The notes under the pieces are model-generated. The model ran no database searches. It was not told the DNA's origin and worked only from the letters and a program-made list of their open reading frames with translations. DNA of 64,000 bases, from sequence record AP025670.1; one strand, 5' to 3'. Shown here one piece after another: positions 38,688 through 48,860 of the stretch. Each line of letters begins with the position of its first letter. The stretch's first letter is position 1. This stretch comes from a plasmid. The translations under genes were made by a program, and so were the position numbers.

Positions 38688-40175
38688 ATGTTAGAAAAAA
38701 TAAAACTTGAATGGTTTTCGAATGTTCGTGGCGATTTGCTCGCGGGTATTGTTGTGGCTTTAGCTCTGATCCCAGAAGCTATTGCTTTTTCTATTATTGC
38801 AGGTGTTGACCCTAAAGTTGGTCTTTACGCTTCTTTTTGTATCACTTTCATTATCTCTATTGTGGGTGGCCGCCCCGGAATGATTTCGGCTGCAACGGGT
38901 GCGATGGCGTTACTTATGGTCACTTTGGTTAAAGACCACGGTTTAGAGTATTTGTTAGCGGCAACTATGTTAACAGGGGTATTCCAAATCATAGCCGGAT
39001 ATTTAAAACTCGGCAGCTTAATGCGTTTTGTATCACGCTCTGTCGTGACGGGGTTTGTTAATGCATTAGCAATTCTTATCTTTATGGCTCAATTGCCCGA
39101 GTTAACCAATGTAACTTGGCATGTTTACGCGATGACAGCAGCAGGGTTAGGAATTGTTTATTTATTCCCATATGTTCCTGCTATCGGTAAAGCGATCCCA
39201 TCTCCTTTGATTTGCATCATCGTTTTGACAATTGTAGCAAGCGTCTCTGGAATGGATATACGAACTGTTGGTGATATGGGGCAACTTCCCGATACGCTGC
39301 CTATTTTCTTATGGCCAGAAGTTCCACTTAATCTTGAAACTTTATTCATTATTTTACCTTATTCATTGGGCCTCGCTATGGTTGGTCTGTTGGAATCAAT
39401 GATGACCGCCACGATTGTGGATGACCTTACGGATACCAAAAGTAATCGTAATCAAGAGTGTAAGGGACAAGGTATTGCTAACATTGGTGCAGGCTTAATG
39501 GGCGGTATGGCTGGTTGTGCCATGATTGGCCAGTCAATTATTAATATTAAATCTGGCGGACGTGGACGATTATCCACCTTAAGCTCCGGTATTTATCTTA
39601 TCATCATGGTAGTTTTTCTAGATGAATGGCTTAAGCAAATCCCGATGGCAGCGTTAGTTGCAGTAATGATTATGGTAGCAATTGGTACCTTTTCTTGGAG
39701 TTCAATTAGAGATCTTAAAAAGCACCCATTATCAACAAATATTGTGATGATAACGACCGTTGTTGTGGTTGTGGCAACGCATAACTTAGCAATTGGTGTT
39801 TTTGTCGGGGTGTTATTAGCGACGTTATTCTTTGCCAATAAAATTGGTCGTTTTATGGTGGTAAAAACAGAGTCACCAGTAGATGCAAGCCGAACTTATC
39901 AAGTTATGGGACAAGTCTTTTTTGCATCATCAGAGCAATTTATTGAATCATTTGATTTTAAAGAGGTGGTGAATAAAGTTGTGATTGATCTCACTCATGC
40001 TCACTTTTGGGATATTACTTCAGTATCATCACTTGATAAGGTGGTGATTAAATTCCGACGCGAAGGAACAGATGTTGAAATTATTGGGATGAGTGAAGCA
40101 ACAGAAACCATCGTTGATAAGTTTGGTGTGCATAATGATCCTAAAGAAGTCGAAAAGCTCATGGCAGGCCACTAA
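38688..40175 (+). CDS. SulP-family anion (sulfate/bicarbonate) permease with C-terminal STAS domain
   Basis: [24 protein letters not shown] is the SulP signature, and the C-terminal region is an STAS domain. Confidence 0.75.
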   Translation: MLEKIKLEWFSNVRGDLLAGIVVALALIPEAIAFSIIAGVDPKVGLYASFCITFIISIVGGRPGMISAATGAMALLMVTLVKDHGLEYLLAATMLTGVFQIIAGYLKLGSLMRFVSRSVVTGFVNALAILIFMAQLPELTNVTWHVYAMTAAGLGIVYLFPYVPAIGKAIPSPLICIIVLTIVASVSGMDIRTVGDMGQLPDTLPIFLWPEVPLNLETLFIILPYSLGLAMVGLLESMMTATIVDDLTDTKSNRNQECKGQGIANIGAGLMGGMAGCAMIGQSIINIKSGGRGRLSTLSSGIYLIIMVVFLDEWLKQIPMAALVAVMIMVAIGTFSWSSIRDLKKHPLSTNIVMITTVVVVVATHNLAIGVFVGVLLATLFFANKIGRFMVVKTESPVDASRTYQVMGQVFFASSEQFIESFDFKEVVNKVVIDLTHAHFWDITSVSSLDKVVIKFRREGTDVEIIGMSEATETIVDKFGVHNDPKEVEKLMAGH

Positions 40176-40186
40176 GGAGAAAGTAA

Positions 40187-41037
40187 TGAATAACGTAATT
40201 ACCTGTATTGATGGCTCAATCTATGCTGATTCCACTTGCCGTGCTGGCATTTGGGCATCGAATAAATTGAATAAAAAATTGTTGTTGTTACACGCAATTG
40301 AGAAAACACCATCAACCCAAGCCGAAGATCTTAGTGGTGCTATTGGCTTAGGCGCTCGTTCATCTTTATTAACTGAAATGGCCAGTTTAGATGAACAAAA
40401 AAGCAAATTAGCCTTGGAGTTAGGTAAAGAGATGCTGGAACATGCTTCTCAATTAGCGCAAGCACAAGGTTGTCACACAATTGAAAAAATGCAACGACAT
40501 AGCGGTATCGTTGAAGCCATTTATGATCTGGAAGAAGAGGCTCGTTTAATTGTGATTGGACGCTCTGGTGAAAGCCATGGTGATAATTTCAATGTGGTGG
40601 GCTCTCACATTGAGCAAATTATTCGTCAAGTTCATACTCCTGTTGTTATTGCCAATAAAGAGTTTGCAGCCCCTAAAAGTTTTATGTTGGCTTATGATGG
40701 GCGTGAAACCGCAGATAAAGCGGTGAAAACTATTATTGAAGGAGGCTTACTTCATGGTTTGACATGTCATCTTGTCAGTGTGAAAAACAATCAACCTAAA
40801 CAACAAGAAAAGTTTCAGCAAACCGAAGCTATGCTGAAAGAGAATGGATTTGAAGTATGTTCGAGTTTATTGGAAGGCAATGTATTTAATTCATTGATGG
40901 AATATAAATCGAGTCATGATGTTGAAATGCTTGTGATGGGCGCATTTTCACGCTCTAAGCTGGCACAGGTTTTCCTTGGCAGTAATACACTTAAAATGAT
41001 GGAAAGTACTCAACTACCAATGGTAATTCTTCGCTAA
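40187..41037 (+). CDS. tandem universal stress protein (UspE-like)
   Basis: Two Usp domains. The start is taken at MNNVITCIDGS after AAGGAG. USP genes are commonly paired with SulP transporters. Confidence 0.65.
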
Positions 41038-41039
41038 GA

Positions 41040-41085
41040 AATTTTATTGGTTGTACTATTAGTCCAGCACAATTGAGTGCTGGTC
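41040..41085 (+). terminator. rho-independent terminator
   Basis: CCAGCACAATTGAGTGCTGG hairpin plus TCTTTTTTG. Confidence 0.5.
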
Positions 41086-41620
41086 TTTTTTGTCAAATTA
41101 AGTGTGATATACCTTATCCCTCCTTAATTCTGGTTCAGAAAATCTTTCCACAGAAGTTTCTGTGCGTTTATTGATGACTCAAGTATCAATGAACAACATG
41201 TAAAAATCCGAAGTGCAGTGACACTATTTGCCCCTCAATATCAAGAGTACTTGGTTAAAACGAAAAGGCTAACTCGCAACTCTTGGAATGATCCTGTAAT
41301 GGCTGCTCTATAAGTTACTGGGTATCAAATGTTTGAGTCTAGTACAGTGAAAGTTGCACGCAGGGTTCTCAAGAAGACGGCTTTTAATAACAAATGTCGT
41401 CCACCCGACAAAGTGAATTGTGTTGGTGCTGAGTGAAGATTGTACATTCGATCCCTCGGTACTAAACTTAGTACATCTTAGTAATCCAATTGGTAAAAAT
41501 TAGACATGTTGATGAATACTTACTATTAAAAATAGACAGCTGATTAAGCTCGGTGATTTTTTTAATATTAGATACTATCAACCTATGAAAGGTAATGGTT
41601 AATCGCTTACTTATCTATCT

Positions 41621-42688
41621 TTGACAGGAATTCTTAGCCAACTGTACGTACTTTATGCTGACATCAGCAACCGAGTCATGGACACACTATCTGATTTTGC
41701 CCCAAGAGTAGAAACGTATAGTATCGACGAGCAGTATCTAGATATGACCGGCATGTCTAGAAACTTTCCATTAGAAGATTACGGTCGCAAGATACAACAA
41801 CGAATTTTGCAGATAGCTCATGTACCGGTCGGTGTTGGTTTTGCTCAAACTAAAACACTGGCTAAACTGGCAAACCATGCTGCTAAAACATGGACCAAAA
41901 CAGGCGGTGTAGTCGATTTGAGTGCTACTTCACGCCAGAAACGGCTCATGTCCCTTGTGCCTGTTAATGAAGTATGGGGTGTGGGTAGAAAAATAAGTAA
42001 CCGGCTAAATGCTATGGGGATAGTTACAGCGCTTGATTTGGCTAGGGCTGAAACAACCATGATCCGTAAAACATTCGGTGTGGTTGTAGAACGCACTGTG
42101 AGAGAGCTGAACGGTGAATCTTGCATCGAGCTTGAAGAAGTAGCAAAAACTAAAGAGCAAATCATTTGTTCACGTTCATTTGGAAAAAAAATTGAGCTCT
42201 ATGAGCATATGCATCAGGCTATCTGCGAGTATTCAGAGAGAGCAGCAGAGAAACTTCGAGCTGAAAAACGAGTCTGTTCCTTTGTTTCTGTTTTTATCCA
42301 AACCAGCCATTACGCCAGCGGACCTCAATACTACAACCACCGTTCTGAACGGTTAGAATATCCAAGTGCTGATACAAGAGACATTATCAATGCAGCAGTG
42401 CGTCTGTTAAAGACCATCTGGAAATCGGGAGTTAAATATCACAAAGCTGGCATCATGCTCACTGATTTTTCTGATCCATCAGTTACTCAACTTAATTTAT
42501 TTTCTGATAGTAAACCCTACAAAGGAAGTGAACAATTGATGAAAACCTTGGACCAGATAAATAATCGAGGTGTTAGCAAAATATGGTTCGCTGGAAAGGG
42601 AATGGACACAAACTGGCGCATGAAGCGAGAAATGCTTTCACCGGCATACACTACGAGAATTTCAGATCTTCCCGTAGTGAAGATTTAG
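41621..42688 (+). pseudogene. umuC: Y-family DNA polymerase V subunit (UmuC/MucB-like), missing about 80 N-terminal codons; no umuD partner
   Basis: LYADISNRVMDTLSDFAPRVETYSIDE...GVGFAQTKTLAKLANHAAKTW...GGVVDL...MLSPAYTTRISDLPVVKI is colinear with E. coli UmuC from about residue 75 to its C-terminus. Confidence 0.7.
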
Positions 42689-43039
42689 AGGAAATCCACC
42701 AGCGTATTCAGCAGGATTCACCGCAATCCTACAATTGCTTCAACCAGTATACCTAAATTGAGAACGTCTTTCGTTTAGAATTATATTCATATTTCTGAAC
42801 ATTATTAAGATAATGAAACAATCATTATCAATTTATGATTGTTGCGATATGTCATTGATATGATTATCTTTAACACTTTTACCCTCTGGAGTTGTTCGCC
42901 TTTAACTAATTGATAGCAATGCACATAAATCGAAATGATGCCGTTTTCCTTATGTAACTAAGGAAAATAGAAAATCCTGTGTGATAGCCTTACGTCGAAT
43001 AAAAATAATACCTAGTTACACAATGACAAGGCGAGGACT

Positions 43040-44086
43040 ATGAATACTAACGCAGCAATTTCAACGAATAGCAGTCAACAAAATTCGAATATGAGCAAGG
43101 TACTTCTCAATGACCTACCCTACCCTACTCTGAAGAAAAATACTGAAGCGCACAATATCTCAACATTACGCAAAATGTCTGATGCCTTTGAGGAAAAGGT
43201 GTGTTCGCGTGGTGATATTTATCGCGTTAACGTTGAGTTACTGTACGTACAGGAAGGTTTCAATCTTCGGGAGATTGATACTGAACATGCTGGACGAATC
43301 AAGAATTCGTATGTATCAGGTGTTTATGTTCCACCTATCGTTGTGAAAGTTATAACGGTTGATAATCTGCCACGCTTACAGATTATTGATGGACACCACA
43401 GATATTGCGCTCTACGCATGGCAATGGAAGAAGGATGCACGATTAAAGGCGTATACGTCACGGAGTTCTCAGGCAGTCAGCAACTTGAGATCGTCAATAT
43501 GCTGACATCTTCAGAAGGAAAACCTTTAGCTCCGTTAGAAAAAGCTGATGGTTTCCATCGTTTACTTAGTATGGGATGGGAAAAAAAGGAAATTGCACGA
43601 TATACGAACACAAGTGTTGTTACGATCAACAGATTATTACGCTTGTTCCGAGCAGATTACAGAATCACTGATCTTGTCAGAAAGAACCTGATTACTTCAG
43701 ATTTAGCCATAGAAATACTGCTTGAGTGTGAAGAAACTAATCAAGAGGCATATGATGTGATCATTGCAGGATTGCAGAAGGCGACTGACAGCGGCAAAAA
43801 TAAAGTCACACGGAAATTTGTACCTTCAGCGAAGAAAGTACCTTTTTCAAAAAAAGAAATACATTCCGTGTTTTCACAATTAAGTGAAATCCGCACAACA
43901 ATTCACGACAAAGTTGCTGATATTCAAGAAAATGATGAAACAGTGACTGTCGAAATGCCGGTAACAATTGTGACCCTGCTTAATGATGTTCTTCAGAAGT
44001 TTGCGAATGATGAATCCGCCGCATCTAATGATGATGAGAACGAACCGAGCAAAACCGAATCCAACACTGAAGCTATTCAGGCTTAA
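43040..44086 (+). CDS. ParB-like nuclease-domain protein (leading-region type), paralog of the 25052..26119 gene
   Basis: LQIIDGHHRYCALRMA ParB/Srx motif. It is immediately followed by an ssb-like gene. Confidence 0.6.
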   Translation: MNTNAAISTNSSQQNSNMSKVLLNDLPYPTLKKNTEAHNISTLRKMSDAFEEKVCSRGDIYRVNVELLYVQEGFNLREIDTEHAGRIKNSYVSGVYVPPIVVKVITVDNLPRLQIIDGHHRYCALRMAMEEGCTIKGVYVTEFSGSQQLEIVNMLTSSEGKPLAPLEKADGFHRLLSMGWEKKEIARYTNTSVVTINRLLRLFRADYRITDLVRKNLITSDLAIEILLECEETNQEAYDVIIAGLQKATDSGKNKVTRKFVPSAKKVPFSKKEIHSVFSQLSEIRTTIHDKVADIQENDETVTVEMPVTIVTLLNDVLQKFANDESAASNDDENEPSKTESNTEAIQA

Positions 44087-44088
44087 CT

Positions 44089-44433
44089 ATGGAATTACTT
44101 AACAAGGTGCAACTGATCGCACGATTAGGTTCGTCCCCGAAAGATAATCTGAAGTATTCAGAACGTAACGGTGAGGCAATGACCTACTTCTCTGTTGCAA
44201 TTAACCGGCATGACTCGAAAGGAAACCCGATAACAGATTGGTTTAACATTAGTGCATACGGAAAAATAGCAGAAATAGCAGCTAATTTTGGTCAGAAAGG
44301 ACAACTTGTTTACATCGAAGCAAGGCTACAACCGACTAATAATTCCTGTTCTATAATAATGAATTACCAGACAGGTGTGTTTAGAGTATTACCTAATAGT
44401 AAAAATACAAATGCAGGAGAGCAGAATGGCTAA
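44089..44433 (+). CDS. ssb: short SSB-like OB-fold protein (no acidic C-terminal tail)
   Basis: N-terminal KVQLIARLGSSPK ... MTYFSVAINR, as in the SSB N-terminus (KVILVGNLGQDPE...). Confidence 0.5.
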   Translation: MELLNKVQLIARLGSSPKDNLKYSERNGEAMTYFSVAINRHDSKGNPITDWFNISAYGKIAEIAANFGQKGQLVYIEARLQPTNNSCSIIMNYQTGVFRVLPNSKNTNAGEQNG

Positions 44434-44848
44434 GGCAGACCAAATTTCAAATTGTAACGTTCAAAATCCTAATTATGTGATGGCAGAAATGAAACGAGAT
44501 CAAACAGTTCTAAACTATGCCCTATTTAAAGCGCGTGAGAAGCTACACGAGCTCAAACACCTAATGAATACGTCACAGTGCAGTGAAAGTGAAATTTTGC
44601 GCTATAACGGGGTTTTGGAGATGCTGGATAGCATATTTTCATCAGATGAAAAGGAACGTCAGAACTTATATCACTCTATGATCATGTCTGGTGTACAAAT
44701 CATGTCCGGTAAGTTAAGTGGTGAGAATAGACAAGCCGTATTAGAAGCAACGACACCAGATCAGTTGGATGAGGTTTTAAAAGCCTCGGAAAATGAGGTA
44801 TGGACTGAGTTGCAACTGCTATGTGAACAGCAGAACAACCTAAACTAA
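44426..44848 (+). CDS. hypothetical protein
   Basis: The start is taken at MAKADQ after CAGGAGAG. Confidence 0.4.
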   Translation: MAKADQISNCNVQNPNYVMAEMKRDQTVLNYALFKAREKLHELKHLMNTSQCSESEILRYNGVLEMLDSIFSSDEKERQNLYHSMIMSGVQIMSGKLSGENRQAVLEATTPDQLDEVLKASENEVWTELQLLCEQQNNLN

Positions 44849-44857
44849 GAATCCAAA

Positions 44858-45250
44858 ATGAAACTGACAATATCCTTGCCTTTCATTCTGATAACTACGC
44901 TGATCTCAGTGCCAGCGTTGGGTAATAGTTATTCTGCAATGGAAGGGATTGAAGGACAGCGATATTCTGATTTAGAGAAATACAAAGCCAACTGTCCAGC
45001 TTGTATGAGTGTTGTACAAAACATTAAAGATATCCGCTATCGGGCATGTGCACAATCAGTCACGGCAGATGATGTGATAATTAGGGACCCATTATATGGC
45101 TATTTGAATAGTTTGAAATTCATGTTGAATGATGATGCTTATAAACAGGTATTGACAATCATTGGTCATGAGAAGGATTGTTCTAATAGTATGAATTGGC
45201 TAGAAAAGGCTAATTCAAAGATCGAGCCACAGCTAAACAAGACATATTGA
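44858..45250 (+). CDS. secreted hypothetical protein (signal peptide)
   Basis: N-terminal MKLTISLPFILITTLISVPALG, with 4 Cys in the mature part. Confidence 0.45.
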   Translation: MKLTISLPFILITTLISVPALGNSYSAMEGIEGQRYSDLEKYKANCPACMSVVQNIKDIRYRACAQSVTADDVIIRDPLYGYLNSLKFMLNDDAYKQVLTIIGHEKDCSNSMNWLEKANSKIEPQLNKTY

Positions 45251-45410
45251 CGGCTATGTGCTGCGCTTTGTACCTCTATTTTTCTGCCCTGCCAAAATGA
45301 CAGCCAAAAAAAAACGCCACAATGTGGCGTTATAACCCTAGTGTTGGTACTTATTATAATCATATAACGTATGGCAAAACTAATTATACACATAAACACC
45401 CATGTGTATA

Positions 45411-45470
45411 TGTGTTAATGTGTATTTGTGTGTGATTCGTCACATATACACATATGTGTTAATGTGTGTA
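45411..45470. repeat. TGTGTTAATGTGT repeat cluster 1
   Basis: Two copies in about 60 bp. Confidence 0.5.
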
Positions 45471-45591
45471 CGCACATATAAAAATATTTTAGGCTTTATA
45501 GGTAATCAATCTAAAATCTAAGTGAAGAATTAAATCACAGGTACAATAATAAAAAGCAAAAACACTACCAGTTAAAGTAGAGGACCGGAGC

Positions 45592-45960
45592 ATGTTTGTT
45601 TTTAATGAAGAAACGTTCCAACGGAACCCCAGTAATCCATGTCCAGATAATGAATTCAATAGTGACGTGATTGATTTTATAAAGGAAATAAGAAAGTTTT
45701 ATCCTGAGTTAGAACATTGGAGCAATACCGGTGTACTGTTTGCTTGGGAAGGATATCTGCAAGATGTATACGCGGTCGGTTGGACTGAATTGGTACGCAA
45801 GAGAGAGAACGGCTTTCTCGCATACTGCTACATATCGCAGTTACGACCATGCTTTGATTTTGGTGGAACAGGGACATACAACACTGAAGTTTGGGATCTT
45901 GGAGAGCAAGAGCCGTGGAAAAAACAACTATTGCCAAAACTACCAGATTGGCTCGAATAA
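45592..45960 (+). CDS. hypothetical protein
   Basis: 122-aa ORF. Confidence 0.4.
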   Translation: MFVFNEETFQRNPSNPCPDNEFNSDVIDFIKEIRKFYPELEHWSNTGVLFAWEGYLQDVYAVGWTELVRKRENGFLAYCYISQLRPCFDFGGTGTYNTEVWDLGEQEPWKKQLLPKLPDWLE

Positions 45961-46057
45961 TTGAGCATGAGGCACTTTTGTTTTGAATGTTACCTAGTGA
46001 AATTGAGATAAAAGTACAATAAAAAGGGATGAAATATCATCCCTATAAAACCACTAC

Positions 46058-46285
46058 CTATTCATTTTCCTTTAGCCACTGATGAACATAATCTGATATT
46101 ACATCTTTCATTGTGGTGTTTCGTTTGACACATGCAGCTTTGAATCGAATTTGAGTATCTTCGTCAAGATCTACATTAATGCGTTTGGTTTTTGTACTTT
46201 TATCAAGAATTTTATCTAAGTCTCTGTTTTCACCGAATTTCATTTTCTGTGAATTTGCTGATTCGTTAACTTTTTTAAGTGCCAT
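46058..46285 (-). CDS. parG: ParG (RHH centromere-binding partition protein)
   Basis: KMKFGENRDLDKIL...KRINVDLDEDTQIRFKAACVKRNTTMKDVISDYVHQWLKENE closely matches TP228 ParG. Confidence 0.8.
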   Translation of the reverse strand: MALKKVNESANSQKMKFGENRDLDKILDKSTKTKRINVDLDEDTQIRFKAACVKRNTTMKDVISDYVHQWLKENE

Positions 46286-46319
46286 AAAGTATCTCTTTTA
46301 ATTTCAAAACACATATGCG

Positions 46320-46390
46320 CTTATGTGTTTTAGCGCACACGTGTAGATACACGTTCGTGTTAATGTGTTAATGTGTGAATACACATTATG
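46320..46390. repeat. TGTGTTAATGTGT repeat cluster 2 (between parF and parG)
   Basis: CGTGTTAATGTGTTAATGTGTGAATACACATTATG. Confidence 0.5.
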
Positions 46391-47009
46391 ACTCAAAAAT
46401 AGTCAAAATTTCTCTGGTTAGTATTTCTATCTCGCCTTTTGCATTTCCATCATTAGTTTCAAAAATACTCTTACCATCTAGAATAGATTTGATATAGCTC
46501 TGCCGTTGAGAAATAGCTGTTTTGAAAGAAGGCAAGCCAGTATCTTTGAGGTTGTCTTTTAATACTTGCAACATAGTTGTTTGGTCAATTTTACGAGTAA
46601 TCAGAAATCTAGCTTCTACTTTACGGCTGTATGCTTGAGCTTCGAGGACCGATGTAACACTACCGGCTGCGGAAAAATCAAGAGGGCTTGGCGAGACTGG
46701 AATTATAACTAGATCACTAACCATAACTGCTGCTGATGTAATGACAGAAAGTGAACCAGCTCCATCTACAATGACAAAATCATAATCACTTAGATCTTTA
46801 CGGATGCTATAAACGTCTTTCTCACTGGCGGCGGTGAAAACATCATAATCACAGTTCCCTTCTTTAGACCAGTTAGATAGGCTCATTTGAGGATCTGTAT
46901 CTACAACTGCTAATAAATAACCTGCTTTCTGCATAGCAGTAGCAACATTTATGACGGTGGTTGTTTTTCCAGAGCCGCCTTTCGGATTTAAAAAAGAAAT
47001 TACTTTCAC
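46386..47009 (-). CDS. parF: ParF (type Ib partition ATPase)
   Basis: MKVISFLNPKGGSGKTT...DTDPQMSL.NWSK...SVITSAAVMVSDLVIIPV.PSPLDFSAAGSV is near-colinear with TP228 ParF (206 aa). Confidence 0.85.
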   Translation of the reverse strand: MKVISFLNPKGGSGKTTTVINVATAMQKAGYLLAVVDTDPQMSLSNWSKEGNCDYDVFTAASEKDVYSIRKDLSDYDFVIVDGAGSLSVITSAAVMVSDLVIIPVSPSPLDFSAAGSVTSVLEAQAYSRKVEARFLITRKIDQTTMLQVLKDNLKDTGLPSFKTAISQRQSYIKSILDGKSIFETNDGNAKGEIEILTREILTIFES

Positions 47010-47070
47010 TGGAAAACCTCATATGTTTGTTTGTGTTTTTTTCATTATCTAAGGAAGCCAAAAAATAATC

Positions 47071-47207
47071 AATGTGTATTTGTGTTAATGTGTATTTAAG
47101 CAAAAACACATTAAATTATAAGAAAAACATACCTGACCTGTGAAATCAGTTAGTTACACACGCGATAATGTGTTTATGTGTTTATGTGTTTAGTCACATT
47201 AACACAA
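47071..47207. repeat. repeat cluster 3 upstream of parF: candidate centromere/operator (ATGTGTATTTGTGTTAATGTGT and ATGTGTTTATGTGTTTATGTGTTT)
   Basis: Read directly from the sequence. Confidence 0.5.
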
Positions 47208-47278
47208 TCAACAATGTTGATACATTTAAATTAGAGTGCTACTATTAAAACTCGGACGTTGAATTGTAGAGGTGATAA

Positions 47279-47524
47279 ATGGCTCAGGTCACAGTAAAAA
47301 AATGGGGCAATAGCCCGTCTGTACGGCTTCCTGTTGCAATCATGCAAAAAGCGGCACTTAGCGTTGATGATACGGTTGAAATAGCGGTAGAAGAAGGTCG
47401 TATCATCATTACGCCAGTTAAAGCAGTAGAATACTCATTAGAAAATTTGTTAGCCGGTATCACGCCGGAGAATATTCATGAGAAAGTAGACTTCGGAGCT
47501 CGAACAGGTAAGGAATTAATTTAA
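47279..47524 (+). CDS. mazE: MazE/PemI-family antitoxin
   Basis: VKKWGNSPSVRLPVAIMQKAALSVDDTVEIAVEEGRIIITP is a SpoVT/AbrB-type swapped-hairpin antitoxin. Confidence 0.7.
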   Translation: MAQVTVKKWGNSPSVRLPVAIMQKAALSVDDTVEIAVEEGRIIITPVKAVEYSLENLLAGITPENIHEKVDFGARTGKELI

Positions 47525-47856
47525 TGGTATCTCGATACGTTCCTGATTCTGGCGATTTGATTTGGATTGACTTTGATCCAGTTGAAGGACATGAGCAGGG
47601 CGGTCATCGTCCAGCAGTTGTCCTCAGCCCATTTGCATACAATAATAAAGTAGGGCTCTTATTATGCGTACCATGTACAACTAAGGGCAAAGGCTATCCA
47701 TTTGAATGCGAACTCTCGAACGAAAGAGACAGCTACGCATTAGCGGATCAAGTTACATGTGTTGACTGGAGAGCTCGTAAGGTTACTAAAAAGGGCAAAG
47801 TGGAGGCATCAGAACTGGCAGAGATAAAAGCTAAAGCAAAGGCGTTAATAGGTTAG
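47524..47856 (+). CDS. mazF: MazF/PemK-family endoribonuclease toxin
   Basis: MVSRYVPDSGDLIWIDFDPVEGHEQGGHRPAVVLSPFAYNNKVGLLLCVPCTTKGKGYPFE is near-identical in pattern to E. coli MazF. Confidence 0.85.
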   Translation: MVSRYVPDSGDLIWIDFDPVEGHEQGGHRPAVVLSPFAYNNKVGLLLCVPCTTKGKGYPFECELSNERDSYALADQVTCVDWRARKVTKKGKVEASELAEIKAKAKALIG

Positions 47857-47886
47857 ATATAATAATTATAAGGGTTATGGGATAGA

Positions 47887-48267
47887 ATGGAAAATGAAAC
47901 ACTACACACAGCAACAGGTAATCAAACTCCTTTAGATAATGCTATATCATCATTAAGCTCTATTTTAGATGTTATTTTCACAGTAAATGATTATGTTTTG
48001 TTTTTTATAATTTTAATAATGATTTTCGCTAAATCGAAATCAAGACTATTCAAATTGGCATTTGGTTATTCTGGTATATCAGTTGTATTTTTACTCTCTA
48101 GCTATTTTATCAGGGATGATTTACTGTTTGATATTAATAATACACCGCGATTCGGATTATTAATGATCAATATAGGCATGATTACAACAGCATTATATTT
48201 AATATACTGGCTTATCTATCTATTCAACGAAAGTGGTATGATTGATAGCAAAAAGAGTGAACCATAG
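47887..48267 (+). CDS. small membrane protein
   Basis: 126 aa with 3 transmembrane segments, very AT-rich. Confidence 0.35.
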   Translation: MENETLHTATGNQTPLDNAISSLSSILDVIFTVNDYVLFFIILIMIFAKSKSRLFKLAFGYSGISVVFLLSSYFIRDDLLFDINNTPRFGLLMINIGMITTALYLIYWLIYLFNESGMIDSKKSEP

Positions 48268-48352
48268 CTAACCGAAAAAGGGTGCTTGTATCACCAATCC
48301 TTCGTAATCTATAAAAGAGAAAATGTGGGGGTTTCCCCCCACAAGAGCAACA

Positions 48353-48496
48353 TTACTTATCACAAGATAGCGTAGCTTGAACCACTGTGCCTCCGCTTGT
48401 GAAATTTAGTGAACATAAGCGATCACGCATTAACAATGAGAAGCACAGAACTGTGATGCACACAGCAATCAGCCCAATCAGGGCAAATTTGCTCAT
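48353..48496 (-). CDS. Hok/Gef-family type I toxin (SrnB/PndA-like), 47 aa
   Basis: MSKFALIGLIAVCITVLCFSLLMRDRLCSLNFTSGGTVVQATLSCDK matches SrnB (ALIGLLAVCATVLCFSLIFRERLCELNIHRGNTVVQVTLAYE). It was not in the ORF track because it is under 60 aa. Confidence 0.7.
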   Translation of the reverse strand: MSKFALIGLIAVCITVLCFSLLMRDRLCSLNFTSGGTVVQATLSCDK

Positions 48497-48860
48497 TTCT
48501 CTTGACTCCTTGAGTAAAAGGAGACAGAATCAAATTGCGAAGTTTGTAGACTGCCTCGAATTAAGGGTTATACCTGATTCGGGGCTTTCGTCTTTTTGGC
48601 TCGTATCAATGCTCGAACCAAAATGATTCAAGCACCCAAAACGATATTAGCAGATTATTATTAATTGCAATACTATTTATTATTAATAATATTTGTTTGT
48701 TTTTATGATATTTCTTTAAGTATTTTAATATAAATGGCTCATACTAACTTGAATTGAATAATATCAATTATATATTTAAATATTCTATGAAATCACCATA
48801 TATTAGTGGTGGGTATAATTTTATTTACACCCACATGTTATTAATACCTTTCAATAAACC

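Noticed and set aside
43001-43012. A plus-strand ACGTCGAATAA motif resembling the conserved promoter core, upstream of the 43040 gene.
   Set aside because: It is in the opposite orientation relative to its downstream gene compared with the 14 bona fide copies, and it lacks the conserved spacer and -10 element. It is probably a chance match.
48387-48626. 79-aa plus-strand ORF.
   Set aside because: It is antisense to a clear Hok/SrnB-family toxin gene (48353..48496, minus strand). It is more likely the sok-like RNA region.
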